This document shows, one piece after another, positions 1 to 10,237 of a DNA stretch of 64,000 bases. Position 1 is the first letter of the stretch, and each line of letters begins with the position of its first letter. The notes below the pieces were generated by a model that was not told the origin of the DNA, did not search any database, and was given only the letters and a program-made list of their open reading frames with translations. Both the position numbers and the translations under genes were made by a program. The stretch comes from Thermodesulfobacteriota bacterium (lineage in GTDB: Bacteria > Desulfobacterota_D > UBA1144 > Nemesobacterales > UBA2774), in the NCBI GenBank assembly GCA_965223335.1, contig OZ244991.1, positions 448,001-512,000 of the forward strand. The letters are read 5' to 3'.

Positions 1-1
1 C

Positions 2-964
2 AGTTATGCCCACAAGTCCAGCGAGAGAACCGTTTAGAATCATAGACAGGTCCGGTTTCTTGAACACTATCCACGACACCAGCATCGCACCCATAACTCC
101 CGCTGCGGCAGCCAGCGAGGTTGTAACGAACACAAGCGATAAAGGACCCGGATCTGCCGATAGCACAGAACCGCCGTTAAACCCGTACCACCCGAACCAA
201 AGCAAAAACACACCAACGGTTGCAAGCGGTAGGCTGTGGCCGGGGATAGGTTTTATCCCGCTCTTGGTATACTTGCCAAGCCGTGGCCCAAGCAAAAATG
301 CCCCTACCAGTGCTCCCCATCCGCCTACGCTGTGTACAAGTGTAGATCCTGCAAAGTCATAGAAGCCCATAGTGTCCAACCAACCGCCGCCCCATTTCCA
401 AGAGCCGGCTATTGTGTACACAATGGCTACGAATATAGTCGAGAATACGAGAAAACTGCTTAGCTTTATGCGCTCCGCCACAGCACCGGAAACGATAGTT
501 GCAGCGGTAGCAGCGAACATTGCCTGGAATATAAAATCAGTCCAATAGGTGTAACCCCCGTCGGCATACTGAATTAGCCCTGCCGCCCCCTCAGGCGACG
601 CTATCCCGAACCCCGCAAACCCGAAAACATGTCCTAAGGAGAAATCCCCCGGATACATGAGGTTAAAACCCACTAGGGCATAGGTGATGATACCTATAGA
701 TATGATAGATACATTTTTAAATAGAATGTTTACGGTGTTTTTAGCCCTGGTGAGCCCGGATTCAAGCGAGGCAAAACCAAGGTGCATAATAAATACCAGT
801 ATAGTTGCAACCAGCATCCACACATTGTTTGCAACAAATAAAGCATTATCAGCAGCACTCTCTGCTTCCTGGGCACCTGCTGTCATGGTGCTCGCCAATA
901 TGATGGCTAGAGTACCTATACTCAATATATATTCTTTACGGTTATACAATCGCAATCCTGTCAT
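2..964 (-). CDS. amtB: Ammonium transporter (Amt family), 3' end runs off the window start
   Basis: Not in the ORF track. Manual minus-strand translation from the ATG at 964 (GGAGG RBS) gives MTGLRLYNRKEYIL...NNVWMLVATILVFIMHLGFASLESGLTRAKNTVNILFKN...FQAMFAATAATIVSGAVAER...DFAGSTLVH, which are Amt motifs. Confidence 0.95.
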   Translation of the reverse strand, partial: MTGLRLYNRKEYILSIGTLAIILASTMTAGAQEAESAADNALFVANNVWMLVATILVFIMHLGFASLESGLTRAKNTVNILFKNVSIISIGIITYALVGFNLMYPGDFSLGHVFGFAGFGIASPEGAAGLIQYADGGYTYWTDFIFQAMFAATAATIVSGAVAERIKLSSFLVFSTIFVAIVYTIAGSWKWGGGWLDTMGFYDFAGSTLVHSVGGWGALVGAFLLGPRLGKYTKSGIKPIPGHSLPLATVGVFLLWFGWYGFNGGSVLSADPGPLSLVFVTTSLAAAAGVMGAMLVSWIVFKKPDLSMILNGSLAGLVGIT

Positions 965-1019
965 TTACAAATCCTCCCCTGCAAGGTTCTTAATTCTCGA
1001 ATCTTTTGCACTTGCTAAG

Positions 1020-1036
1020 TGCAAAACCTATGCCAG
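1020..1036 (-). promoter_or_regulatory. sigma-54 (-24/-12) promoter of amtB
   Basis: Minus strand reads CTGGCATAGGTTTTGCA, an exact GG-N10-GC match about 55 bp upstream of the amtB start. Confidence 0.8.
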
Positions 1037-1146
1037 GTTTGGAAATGCAATGCCGGAGCAAAAATTACCTAAGCTATCCGATCCAAATCATTAAAATTTC
1101 TAAGGTACTAACGTATAGGCGGGAACTTAAGTCAATAATCGGAATT

Positions 1147-1184
1147 TGCTTACAAACTAAGCACGCAAGACTTTTTTAAAGGCA
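1147..1184. promoter_or_regulatory. Putative tandem NtrC-type enhancer sites for the amtB sigma-54 promoter
   Basis: TGCTTA-N5-TAAGCA palindrome at 1147-1163 and a half-matching site ending AGGCA at 1168-1184. Centres are 21 bp apart, about 120-140 bp upstream of -24. Confidence 0.55.
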
Positions 1185-1235
1185 CACTTAATCTAGACAC
1201 TTAAGAAGTTATAGATATAGCTAATCAAGAATAAA

Positions 1236-2576
1236 TTATTCGATTTCCAGCGCTTTACCTTTAGTCTCAGGAAGGGTTAATACAACTCCTGCAGCTAGAA
1301 TAGCAAAAACTGAAACCGACGTAAGCCCTACTGCGAAACCGTATTTTCCTACCAGGTACCCGATCAATGGGGGTGCTACAGCCGACACCCCTCTACCCAC
1401 GTTATAGCAGAACCCTTGAGCTGTGCCCCTAGCCCTGGTGGGAAAAATCTCAGAGAATATAGCACCGAACCCGGAATAAAACCCCGTACCGAAAAACCCA
1501 ATAAACGGACCCAGGATCAATACCTCTTTAAGAGTAGTAGCATGACCGAAAAACCACACGAGCACAGCCATCGCCAACAGGTAGGCAACAAACACAGGTC
1601 TTCTACCCAACCTGTCGCTGATCATGCCAAACGTATTACACCCTATAAACGCACCTATATTGATTGGTATAATCCATATGAATCCCTTTGTATCGAGACC
1701 AACCCCTTTTTCGCTGGCTAAGAACTGTGGAAGCCAGAAATATAGCCCCCAATATGCAATCATACAAAGGCTGGTCAGCAATGTGGCAGTGATTGTATAA
1801 CGGATAAGATCTTCTCTGAAAATCTGACTAAGTGTAAAACTCTGTGCCTTTTCGCTTAACTGCTTCTCTTTGCGCATCTCATTGGTCTTTTTCCAGACCT
1901 CAGGTTCATCCAGATGTCGCCTTATATAGAAAACTAAGAATGCAGGTGCTACACCTATGAAAAAGAGGATCCGCCATCCCAGATCTATACCGTCTAATGT
2001 TATTCCGAAAGGCAGAGCGTACATCGTGCCCTCTTTAAAATACGGGATGATTAGAGTAGCTAAGCCGGCTGCTAAAATATATCCTACAGCCCACCCGCTC
2101 TGTACCATACCAATAACTTTTCCTCTATGCTCTTTAGGCCATTTCTCTGCTACTAATACCTCGCCCGAAGCCCATTCCCCTCCCATACCAAGCCCCAAGA
2201 ATATGCGGCATACCAAGAGAAAAACTACATTGGGTGAGAACGCACTTAGCCCGGTAAACGCAGAGTAAACAATAATAGTCCATGTAAGCGCCCGCACCCT
2301 CCCTATATAATCCGATAAGATTCCAAATGCTGCACCCCCGAACGCCGATGCAAACAGCGTTACGGAAAAAAGCGCCCCTACCCAAGCCGGGGACAGATTA
2401 AAAACCTTGCCGATACTACCCACAGCAAAGGCAAATAAGAGGAGATCCATCGCATCGAGTGTCCATCCCAAAAACGCTGCAATAAATGCTCTCCACTGAT
2501 CTGTGTTTATATCTTTATACCAACCGAATAGCCCTCCCCCATTTGAAGCAGAAAAGCCCGATTGATTTTCACTCAT
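1236..2576 (-). CDS. MFS transporter (carboxylate/aromatic acid/sialate-like)
   Basis: About 12 hydrophobic segments; motif A (GILSDYIGR and GMISDRLGRR); GLGMGGEW; EIFPTRARG. Confidence 0.9.
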   Translation of the reverse strand: MSENQSGFSASNGGGLFGWYKDINTDQWRAFIAAFLGWTLDAMDLLLFAFAVGSIGKVFNLSPAWVGALFSVTLFASAFGGAAFGILSDYIGRVRALTWTIIVYSAFTGLSAFSPNVVFLLVCRIFLGLGMGGEWASGEVLVAEKWPKEHRGKVIGMVQSGWAVGYILAAGLATLIIPYFKEGTMYALPFGITLDGIDLGWRILFFIGVAPAFLVFYIRRHLDEPEVWKKTNEMRKEKQLSEKAQSFTLSQIFREDLIRYTITATLLTSLCMIAYWGLYFWLPQFLASEKGVGLDTKGFIWIIPINIGAFIGCNTFGMISDRLGRRPVFVAYLLAMAVLVWFFGHATTLKEVLILGPFIGFFGTGFYSGFGAIFSEIFPTRARGTAQGFCYNVGRGVSAVAPPLIGYLVGKYGFAVGLTSVSVFAILAAGVVLTLPETKGKALEIE

Positions 2577-2619
2577 TTAGAATCCTCCCTATATACCTTT
2601 ATACGTTGACATTTTTTCC

Positions 2620-2648
2620 ATCCTACTAAATTTGGATAGTTATGTCAA
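2620..2648 (-). promoter_or_regulatory. sigma-70 promoter of the MFS gene
   Basis: TTGACA-17bp-TAGGAT on the minus strand, upstream of a GGGAGG RBS. Confidence 0.6.
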
Positions 2649-2754
2649 TCCCGCTAAAACCCGCTACGAAGAAAGTATACTGCAACATAGGTACAATATT
2701 AGATAATTAAATTGTTACAGATACTTATCCACCACTCGGCATCAAATATCCACC

Positions 2755-2783
2755 TTGACTTAGATTACCCCCGGCGTTAAATT
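2755..2783 (+). promoter_or_regulatory. sigma-70 promoter of miaB (very short leader)
   Basis: TTGACT-17bp-TAAATT ending 11 nt before the ATG; no SD sequence visible. Confidence 0.45.
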
Positions 2784-2794
2784 GTTAATCTACG

Positions 2795-4108
2795 ATGGGT
2801 AAAAGATCGCTATATATAGAGACCTACGGGTGCCAGATGAACGAGTACGACTCCGATAGGATCAAAAACGCACTCGATGCCGAGAGCACCGATAAACCCG
2901 ATAAAGCCGATATTATCATCGTAAACACCTGCGCTATTAGAGAAAAGGCCGACCAAAAAGCGTTTAGCAGCGTAGGAAAATACAAACACCTGAAAAAACG
3001 AAACCCCGAGCTCATTATCGGGATCTCGGGCTGCGTGGCACAGCTCTATGGAGACAAACTCCTACACCGCATGCCTCATGTGGACTTCGTACTGGGGCCA
3101 CGGGCCATCCCCAAACTGCCCGCTCTCATAAGCGAGATAGAGCATACACACAAACCCTCGGTAGAAACCTCTTTTGATATAGAAGAGGTGTTTGAGTTCG
3201 AGCCCTATCATGTGGAGGGCAAGGTCACGGCATTTGTATCGATACAACAGGGGTGCAACAAACGATGTACTTATTGTATTGTGCCCAACGTCAGGGGCAG
3301 TGAAGTAAACAGGCCTTTAGAAAATATATTAAGAGAAACGAGATCGCTTGTATCCAAAGGGGCAAAAGAGATCACGCTTATTGGTCAGACTGTAAACTCA
3401 TGGAAGCAAAACGGCTACAAATTCGGCGATCTGTTGAGTGCGGTCTCAGATATTGAGGACTTGGAACGTATACGGTTCACGACCTCGTACCCGAGGGATG
3501 TAACGAAAAAAATGCTCGAAGCCATGAGGAACAGCGAAAAGGTTTGCCGGCACATCCACCTCCCGGTGCAGTCGGGCTCAGACAAAATACTGAGTGCAAT
3601 GCAGAGAACCTACTCTAGTGAATGGTACCGTGACGCTGTCGAGAGACTTAGAGACTACGTGCCTGAAATCGCGATCTCCACAGACATAATCGTGGGATTC
3701 CCAGGGGAATCCGACGCAGATTTTGAAGAGACTATGGAGCTAATGAGGGTCGTTGAGTTCGATGCGGCATTCTCGTTTATTTACTCGCCCAGGCCCCATA
3801 CACTTGCAGCCGCAATGCATAACGAGAACAATGTAGAGAGCTCGGTTGCCAAAAAACGGCTTGCAACACTACAGGCATTACAAAAGGACACCACACATAG
3901 CAAGAACATAAAGAGAGTCGGGGAGACAGAAGCGGTGCTTGTCGAGGGGTCAAGCAAAAATGATGAAAACATGTCGTGGTACAAGGGCAGAACTACCCAC
4001 AACAGGATTACCAACTTTGAATCCCCTGTGGACTTAACGGGCAAAATAGTGAATGTTAAGATAAGCGAAGGGCTTTTAAATTCCCTAAGGGGCGAGCTTG
4101 TAGTATAA
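2795..4108 (+). CDS. miaB: tRNA-i6A37 methylthiotransferase
   Basis: TYGCQMNEYDS, NTCAIREKA, radical SAM CNKRCTYC, DIIVGFPGE, C-terminal TRAM domain. Confidence 0.96.
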   Translation: MGKRSLYIETYGCQMNEYDSDRIKNALDAESTDKPDKADIIIVNTCAIREKADQKAFSSVGKYKHLKKRNPELIIGISGCVAQLYGDKLLHRMPHVDFVLGPRAIPKLPALISEIEHTHKPSVETSFDIEEVFEFEPYHVEGKVTAFVSIQQGCNKRCTYCIVPNVRGSEVNRPLENILRETRSLVSKGAKEITLIGQTVNSWKQNGYKFGDLLSAVSDIEDLERIRFTTSYPRDVTKKMLEAMRNSEKVCRHIHLPVQSGSDKILSAMQRTYSSEWYRDAVERLRDYVPEIAISTDIIVGFPGESDADFEETMELMRVVEFDAAFSFIYSPRPHTLAAAMHNENNVESSVAKKRLATLQALQKDTTHSKNIKRVGETEAVLVEGSSKNDENMSWYKGRTTHNRITNFESPVDLTGKIVNVKISEGLLNSLRGELVV

Positions 4109-4127
4109 TATATGAGGAGGTAATTGC

Positions 4128-4604
4128 ATGTTCATGCAAATGAAGGTCACAGGAATAGCGTTAGACCCTTTTACCAATACCCCGATCGTAATACTAAAAG
4201 ACGAATCTGAAGACAAAACCCTTCCCATCTGGATTGGGTTTATGGAAGCAAGTTCTATTGCAATGGAGCTTGAAAAAACCCCCAGAATCCGCCCCATCAC
4301 ACACGACCTTGTTAAGAACCTCTTTAATACCCTCCAGGTAGAGGTAACAAAGGTAGAGGTAACAGAGCTGCGCAATGACACGTTCTATGCACAGATCTAT
4401 CTGAAAGCTCAAGACAATGAATACTCTATTGATTCGAGGCCAAGCGATGCAATTGCGATAGCGCTTCGCACAGAATCACCTATTTTCGTACATGAAGATG
4501 TAATCACAAAGTCCAAGAAAATAGAGATAGACGAAGATAAAGAAAAGCTCTCGGATCTTTTAGAGAACCTACCCGAAGGTGACTTCGGCAAATATAAGAT
4601 GTAA
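4128..4604 (+). CDS. Bifunctional nuclease family protein (DUF151)
   Basis: LPIWIG..EA, RPITHDL, DSRPSDAIAIALR; GAGGAGG RBS. Confidence 0.92.
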   Translation: MFMQMKVTGIALDPFTNTPIVILKDESEDKTLPIWIGFMEASSIAMELEKTPRIRPITHDLVKNLFNTLQVEVTKVEVTELRNDTFYAQIYLKAQDNEYSIDSRPSDAIAIALRTESPIFVHEDVITKSKKIEIDEDKEKLSDLLENLPEGDFGKYKM

Positions 4605-4648
4605 AACTTGCGGTGTGAAAATATAGCGGTGTAAAAAACGCCCTAGCC

Positions 4649-6073
4649 CTACCCTTCTTCGGCCAGTTCCATATCCTCGTCGGCTTCATCAGCATCAGCG
4701 TCTTCAATCAACTCGTGCTTAGCCAGACGATATCTAAGTGAGCGTAGTGTAATACCCAGCAGTTTGGCAGCCTCTGTCTTGTTGCCGCCGGTTGTGCGGA
4801 GTGCCTTTTCTATCATCTTCTTCTCTACGTCCCCAAGTAATGTGTCTAGGCTTGCACTCGAGGTAAAGCTGGTGTCTAGGTCCAGATAATCCCGCCCGCT
4901 CACAAGCTGGGGCAGGGTTTCCTGACGGATAACATTAGAGCCTTCCAAAGCGACACACCGCGCAATAATGTTCTCAAGCTCCCTTACGTTACCCGGGTAG
5001 TGGTAATTCTCCAGAACCTCTAAGGCTTTAGGAGAGAGTCCCCGAATATCCTTGCCCATCTCATCCGAGTACTTGTTAATAAAATGTATTGCTAAGGGCG
5101 AAATATCCATCCTCCGCTCTCTAAGGGGCGGGAGAACTACCTTTATAACGTTTAGGCGATAGTAAAGGTCCTCTCTAAATTTCCCGCTTGCTACCTCTTC
5201 TTCCAGCTTTTTATTAGTAGCCGCTATCACTCGAATGTCTACAGCTACCGGCTCTGTGCTTCCCAGAGGTCTTATCATCTTATCCTCAAGCACACGGAGC
5301 AGTTTTACCTGCAGGTGCATAGGCAGATCACCGATCTCGTCAAGGAATATCGTACCGGTATGCGCCTCTTCAAAGAGCCCATTTTTGTCCCTGTTGGCAC
5401 CCGTAAAAGCCCCCTTTTTGTAGCCAAAGAGCTCACTCTCCATTAACGATTCAGGAATGGCACCGCAGTTTACCGGTATAAAGGGATTCTCATTTCTACT
5501 GCCGCAGTAGTGTACCGCCCTTGCTACTAGCTCTTTACCCGTTCCGCTCTCACCGGTTATCAACACGTTTACATTCAGCTCAGCCACGCGTTTGATCAGC
5601 TCAAACACCTTTACAATTGCAGGGCTTCTGCCGATAATGTTGCCAAATCCGTATTTGGTCTCGAGCTCTTTTTTAAGCCTGGTGTTTTCCCTCTCGAGCT
5701 TTTTTCTCTCTAGGGCTTTTTTGATGACTAACTTTATTTCGTCAATTTTAAAGGGTTTCGTAATATAGTCATACGCACCCAGCTTCATGGCCTCGATTGC
5801 TGTTTCGTGCGATGCGTATGCGGTGATCATGATCACGGTGGTATCGGGGCTCTTTTCTCTTATGTTCTTGAGCACCTCTATACCGTTCATGATGGGCATC
5901 TGAATATCCACAACCGCCAGATCAAACAGAGATGCGTCTATTTTCTCAAGCGCTTCCGGACCGTCCGATGCAGTTTCAACCCCGTACCCGTCTTTCTGGA
6001 GCATGATCTCCAGAAACTCTCTCATCCCCGGCTCATCATCAACAACTATTACCCTACTCTCGTTACTCGACAT
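4649..6073 (-). CDS. pilR: sigma-54-dependent response regulator, PilR-like
   Basis: REC domain (VVDDE, D, KPF), GESGTGKE, GAFTGA, PGNVREL, Fis HTH. Follows pilBTC and a sensor kinase. The ATG at 6073 has the better RBS; a GTG at 6088 is the alternative. Confidence 0.88.
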   Translation of the reverse strand: MSSNESRVIVVDDEPGMREFLEIMLQKDGYGVETASDGPEALEKIDASLFDLAVVDIQMPIMNGIEVLKNIREKSPDTTVIMITAYASHETAIEAMKLGAYDYITKPFKIDEIKLVIKKALERKKLERENTRLKKELETKYGFGNIIGRSPAIVKVFELIKRVAELNVNVLITGESGTGKELVARAVHYCGSRNENPFIPVNCGAIPESLMESELFGYKKGAFTGANRDKNGLFEEAHTGTIFLDEIGDLPMHLQVKLLRVLEDKMIRPLGSTEPVAVDIRVIAATNKKLEEEVASGKFREDLYYRLNVIKVVLPPLRERRMDISPLAIHFINKYSDEMGKDIRGLSPKALEVLENYHYPGNVRELENIIARCVALEGSNVIRQETLPQLVSGRDYLDLDTSFTSSASLDTLLGDVEKKMIEKALRTTGGNKTEAAKLLGITLRSLRYRLAKHELIEDADADEADEDMELAEEG

Positions 6074-6092
6074 ATGTTTGCTCTCCACTACC

Positions 6093-7727
6093 TCAATGTG
6101 CCACCATCTCGTTCGTTACATCGACTATAGGCAGAGTGATTACCACTGTGGTTCCTTTTTCTTCTTTGCTTGTTAGATTTATCTTCCCATTATAACCTTC
6201 AATGACCTTTTGTACAATTGCAAGCCCCAATCCCGTGCCCACCTCTTTTGTAGTAAAAAACGGGTCGAATATCCTGGAAATCACACTTTCGTCTATCCCA
6301 AAGCCGTCATCGGTGATCTCAACTATCACATTGCCATTCTCTAACTTTGAAGACACATCTATATGACCACCGTTAGGAAGCGCGTCTCTCGAGTTTAAAA
6401 GCAGGTTCCAAGCAGCCTGTTTCAGTCTGTATGAATCCCCCTGCACATATACCCCGTGTTTGATGTCCGAGGTAAGCTCGATGTTTTTTCTAAGCATACT
6501 CCGGCGAAACGAATTTATTGTTTCATCGAGTATAAGCCCCAAGTCCACAGAGCTTGTAAGTTTTTGAAGGGGCATAGTTAAGATTAAGAAATCCTCCACA
6601 AGCAGGTTTACCCTCTCTACCTCTTGTGTGGCTACTTTAACCAGTCTTTTGTTCTGGTCGTTTGTGTCCGCATCGGTGCTAAGGACCTCAACCGCCCCGC
6701 TTATTGCGCTTAGAGGGTTCCTAAGCTCATGCGCAAGGCCCGCAGCCAGCTGACCCAAGAGGGCCATCTTCTCAGACGTGCGCAGTCTATTCTCAAGATG
6801 TTTAACCTCGGTCAGGTCCTGGAATATGATGATGAACCCCAGGTTCACATCCTCGGTGTCTTTTAGAATAGAGGACGAAAACCCCAGTGTAAGCTTCTCA
6901 CCATCGGGCCTGGAATAAAGCATCTGTTCACGGGACTTAGTCATAAACTCCTCGGCACGGACCCCGGGCATGAGTGTGCCGAGCTCCTTCCCCAACACCT
7001 CATATTCTGTATCTATGCCAAGTATATCGAGCCCCATTTTGTTTACAGATATGATCTGGCCTTCGAGGTCAAGCGTGATCACCCCGCTGGTTAGACTCTG
7101 TAGAATGTTTTCGTGCAGATTCTGGAGCCTCCTTAAACTCCTCTCACTCTCCCCAAGCTCTTTTCCCGCGACCTTAATCCTCTCGGACAAATAGCCCCCC
7201 AACAACGCGATCAAAATAAACCCGGTCAAGTGAAAATAGGTAGACACAACCCCACGCTCCCTCCACACACTTTCCGTAACCGCGGCCTGATCCGCTCCTA
7301 TTACCAGATTAAACTTCAACTGCAGCAACACTATCAGTATGTAAAATAGTCCAGAGAACCCGGCTGTAATATAGCTTGCGGTTTTACTAAGCACCACACC
7401 CGCATAAATGATTATCAATACGTATAAGAAAATAAACGGGCTTGACCTGCCACCGGTGATGTATATAGCAGCAGATGCTATTAAGATATCAAGAAAGATC
7501 TGTACGGCTTTAAATAGCTGAGTGCGCGTCCTAAAAACGGGTTGGAGCACCAGATAAACTAAACTAATCAGATACACCACAGCTACAAGCACCGCTAGAT
7601 AGAATGCCTCTGTGCGTGAGCCATTGCCGAAATATACTATTGCGCCCGAACCGATCAGTACAGTGGTGATAATAACCCGCAAAAATATCGAGCTTCGTAG
7701 CCCTATTTCTCTATTATTAGGATACAT
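6093..7727 (-). CDS. pilS: Membrane sensor histidine kinase, PilS-like
   Basis: About 6 TM segments, PAS-like region, H-box AHELRNPL, N/G boxes (DDGFG, FDPFFTTK, GTGLGL); pil context. Confidence 0.88.
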   Translation of the reverse strand: MYPNNREIGLRSSIFLRVIITTVLIGSGAIVYFGNGSRTEAFYLAVLVAVVYLISLVYLVLQPVFRTRTQLFKAVQIFLDILIASAAIYITGGRSSPFIFLYVLIIIYAGVVLSKTASYITAGFSGLFYILIVLLQLKFNLVIGADQAAVTESVWRERGVVSTYFHLTGFILIALLGGYLSERIKVAGKELGESERSLRRLQNLHENILQSLTSGVITLDLEGQIISVNKMGLDILGIDTEYEVLGKELGTLMPGVRAEEFMTKSREQMLYSRPDGEKLTLGFSSSILKDTEDVNLGFIIIFQDLTEVKHLENRLRTSEKMALLGQLAAGLAHELRNPLSAISGAVEVLSTDADTNDQNKRLVKVATQEVERVNLLVEDFLILTMPLQKLTSSVDLGLILDETINSFRRSMLRKNIELTSDIKHGVYVQGDSYRLKQAAWNLLLNSRDALPNGGHIDVSSKLENGNVIVEITDDGFGIDESVISRIFDPFFTTKEVGTGLGLAIVQKVIEGYNGKINLTSKEEKGTTVVITLPIVDVTNEMVAH

Positions 7728-7847
7728 ATGTATTATAAAGATTAAGTCTTATGTTGCGAGATCGCAACTCCACTGCCCGACGCCCGCTCTGCAGACAACA
7801 GAGAACGATTACATAAAAAATAAAGAATTATTGCAGACTTGTAAACA

Positions 7848-9065
7848 TTAGCCCGCGAGAGTAGAGATAAGCTTGAACATAGGAAGGTACATCGCAACAA
7901 CAATCACACCTACCGTACCACCCAGGAACGTGATCATAAGCGGCTCAAGTGCAGAAAGCAAAGAGGCAACGGCTACGTCTACCTCATCCTCATAGAAATC
8001 GGCTATTTTGTTAAGCATATCCTCGAGTGCACCGGTCTGCTCACCCACCGCTATCATCTGCACTACCATGTGAGGAAAGATCTTGGGCCTTTGAGACAGG
8101 GGCTCGGCAAGTGTCTGCCCCTCGCTTATTGATTTCTTTGCATCCAGGAGTGCTTCTTGAACAATCATGTTGCCTGATGCCTTGGCTGTTATGTCGAGAC
8201 CCTCGAGTATTGCGATACCACCCGCGATAAGTGTTGCGAGAGTACGACAGAAACGTGCCACTGTGGTCTTGAGCAGCAGGGGCCCTATCAACCACATCTT
8301 AAGCAGAAAGGCGTCAAAAAGCCTTCGAATTTTCTCGGATCGTCGGTACAAAGTCCCCGTTAAAAACACCAAAATACCGATTGTAATGATTATGTAGAGA
8401 ATATTAGCTCTAGTAAAGTCACTGATATCTACAACTATTTGAGTAAGTGTGGGCAGATCCGTCCCCATATCCTTAAACATCTCTGCAAACACCGGCACTA
8501 CAAATATTATGACGATTGCCAAAACGAGCACTGCCACACCGATAACAATTGCCGGGTATATTAACGCCCCCTTAATCTTGCGTTTTATTGCATCCATCTT
8601 TTCCAGATAACTCGCAAGCCTCTGCAGTATTACATCCAGCACACCACCTACCTCACCCGCTCGTACGAGCTGTACATACAGAGAGTCGTAGACTTTCGGG
8701 TGCTTGCCTAATGCGTCAGCAAATGTTGCCCCGGCCTCAAGGTCCTCTTTTACCTGTGTGATAATTTCCTTGAACTTAGGTTTAGGGTGTTGTGCCGCTA
8801 GTATATCAAGGCCCCTAACAAGCGGTAAACCGGCATCAATCATTGTAGAGAGCTGGCGGGTAAAGATAACCAGGTCCCTAGTGTTGATCCCCCCGCCTAT
8901 GGAGATGCTGAAGTCTAGGAGTTTGCCTTTGGGTTTTATCCGGTTGGGAATAGGCTGGATCTGCATCTGCCGCAGTCTTGTGAGTACGGCAGATTTGTTG
9001 GGAGCTTCCATCTCCCCTTTTTGGATTGCTCCTCTAACACGTCCTTCCCATACAAAAACGGGCAT
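7848..9065 (-). CDS. pilC: Type IV pilus inner-membrane platform protein
   Basis: FTRQLSTMIDAGLPL, AGEVGGVLD, GEQTGALE, LEPLMI, MYLPMF (T2SSF/PilC). Confidence 0.95.
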   Translation of the reverse strand: MPVFVWEGRVRGAIQKGEMEAPNKSAVLTRLRQMQIQPIPNRIKPKGKLLDFSISIGGGINTRDLVIFTRQLSTMIDAGLPLVRGLDILAAQHPKPKFKEIITQVKEDLEAGATFADALGKHPKVYDSLYVQLVRAGEVGGVLDVILQRLASYLEKMDAIKRKIKGALIYPAIVIGVAVLVLAIVIIFVVPVFAEMFKDMGTDLPTLTQIVVDISDFTRANILYIIITIGILVFLTGTLYRRSEKIRRLFDAFLLKMWLIGPLLLKTTVARFCRTLATLIAGGIAILEGLDITAKASGNMIVQEALLDAKKSISEGQTLAEPLSQRPKIFPHMVVQMIAVGEQTGALEDMLNKIADFYEDEVDVAVASLLSALEPLMITFLGGTVGVIVVAMYLPMFKLISTLAG

Positions 9066-9120
9066 AAATCATCATCCTCCTGTTATACATCTGTCAGTCA
9101 TTTATTAATTCTTACGTCCG

Positions 9121-10224
9121 TTACCTGGCTACTCGTTCCCGCATGCCCGAACTTCTTTCCTCGGAACTCCCGATTAATTTTTTCAACTCTTCTTTTTCCT
9201 GCGATTTACCCATTGCATCCTCATAGCTTATCAATTTACGCAGGTAGAGGTCAGACAAACTCTGGTTTAATGTCTGCATCTTCCATTTTTCCTGCCCTAT
9301 CTGCTGCTGCGAGTACACTTGGTGCACCTTGTCCTCTCGTATCAAGTTGCGGATCGCGGGGTTAGGCACCAGCACCTCAACCGCCAGAACTCTACCGCCT
9401 CCTACCTTGGGTATCAGCGTTTGACAAAGCACCCCCTCAAGTACAAACGATAGCTGGGCCCGTACCTGTGACTGTTCGTGGGGTGGAAAGACATCAATTA
9501 CACGGTTTATGGTTTGAACAGCGGTATTAGTGTGCAGGGTGGCTAGCGTTAAGTGTCCTGTCTCAGACAGAGTAAGTGCTATTTTAATGGTTTCAAGGTC
9601 CCTCAACTCACCGATTAGAACCACATCGGGGTCTTCCCTGAGCACACTCTTAAGAGCGTTGGCAAAGCTCTTGGTATCGCTACCAACCTCTCTTTGGTTA
9701 ACAATGCAGTTTTTATGGTCGAATACATACTCTATGGGGTCTTCTATTGTGACAATATGTTCATGGCGTTCCCTGTTGATCTGGTCCACAACACTGGCGA
9801 GTGTAGTGGTTTTACCAGATCCTGTGGGGCCTGTGATTAAAATTAGCCCCCTGGGTTTCCTAGCCATGTCTCCAAGTACCGGGGGGAGCCCAAGTTCTTC
9901 AAATGACTTAAGCACAAAGGGAAGTAAACGAAACGCACCCGCAATTGCACCCCTTTGTGTAAATATATTGCCTCGAAATCGCCCCAGGTTTTCCATACCG
10001 AACGAGAAATCCAGCTCCCAATTCTCTTCGAACCTGTGTTTTTGCATGTCTGTCAACACACTATAGCAAAGGTCTTTGGTCTCAGGCGGGGTCAACGGGG
10101 GATGTTTGAGTGCAACCAGCTTACCGTCGATTCTCACCATCGGGGGTACACCGGGGGTAATGTGTAGGTCCGATGACCCGTTATCTACCATTACTTTTAG
10201 CAATTGATGGAATGCTACACCCAT
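9121..10224 (-). CDS. pilT: Type IV pilus retraction ATPase
   Basis: SDLH, GPTGSGKTT, EDPIE, REDPDVVLIGELRD, AIRNLIRE signature. Confidence 0.96.
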   Translation of the reverse strand: MGVAFHQLLKVMVDNGSSDLHITPGVPPMVRIDGKLVALKHPPLTPPETKDLCYSVLTDMQKHRFEENWELDFSFGMENLGRFRGNIFTQRGAIAGAFRLLPFVLKSFEELGLPPVLGDMARKPRGLILITGPTGSGKTTTLASVVDQINRERHEHIVTIEDPIEYVFDHKNCIVNQREVGSDTKSFANALKSVLREDPDVVLIGELRDLETIKIALTLSETGHLTLATLHTNTAVQTINRVIDVFPPHEQSQVRAQLSFVLEGVLCQTLIPKVGGGRVLAVEVLVPNPAIRNLIREDKVHQVYSQQQIGQEKWKMQTLNQSLSDLYLRKLISYEDAMGKSQEKEELKKLIGSSEERSSGMRERVAR

Positions 10225-10237
10225 GATATGCCTCCCG

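Noticed and set aside
6..1094. Plus-strand ORFs 6..362, 236..463 and 684..1094
   Set aside because: Antisense shadows of amtB and its promoter.
2725..2754. Two DnaA-box-like 9-mers (TTATCCACC, ATATCCACC)
   Set aside because: Mismatched and too few, with no dnaA/gidA/parAB context; not an origin.
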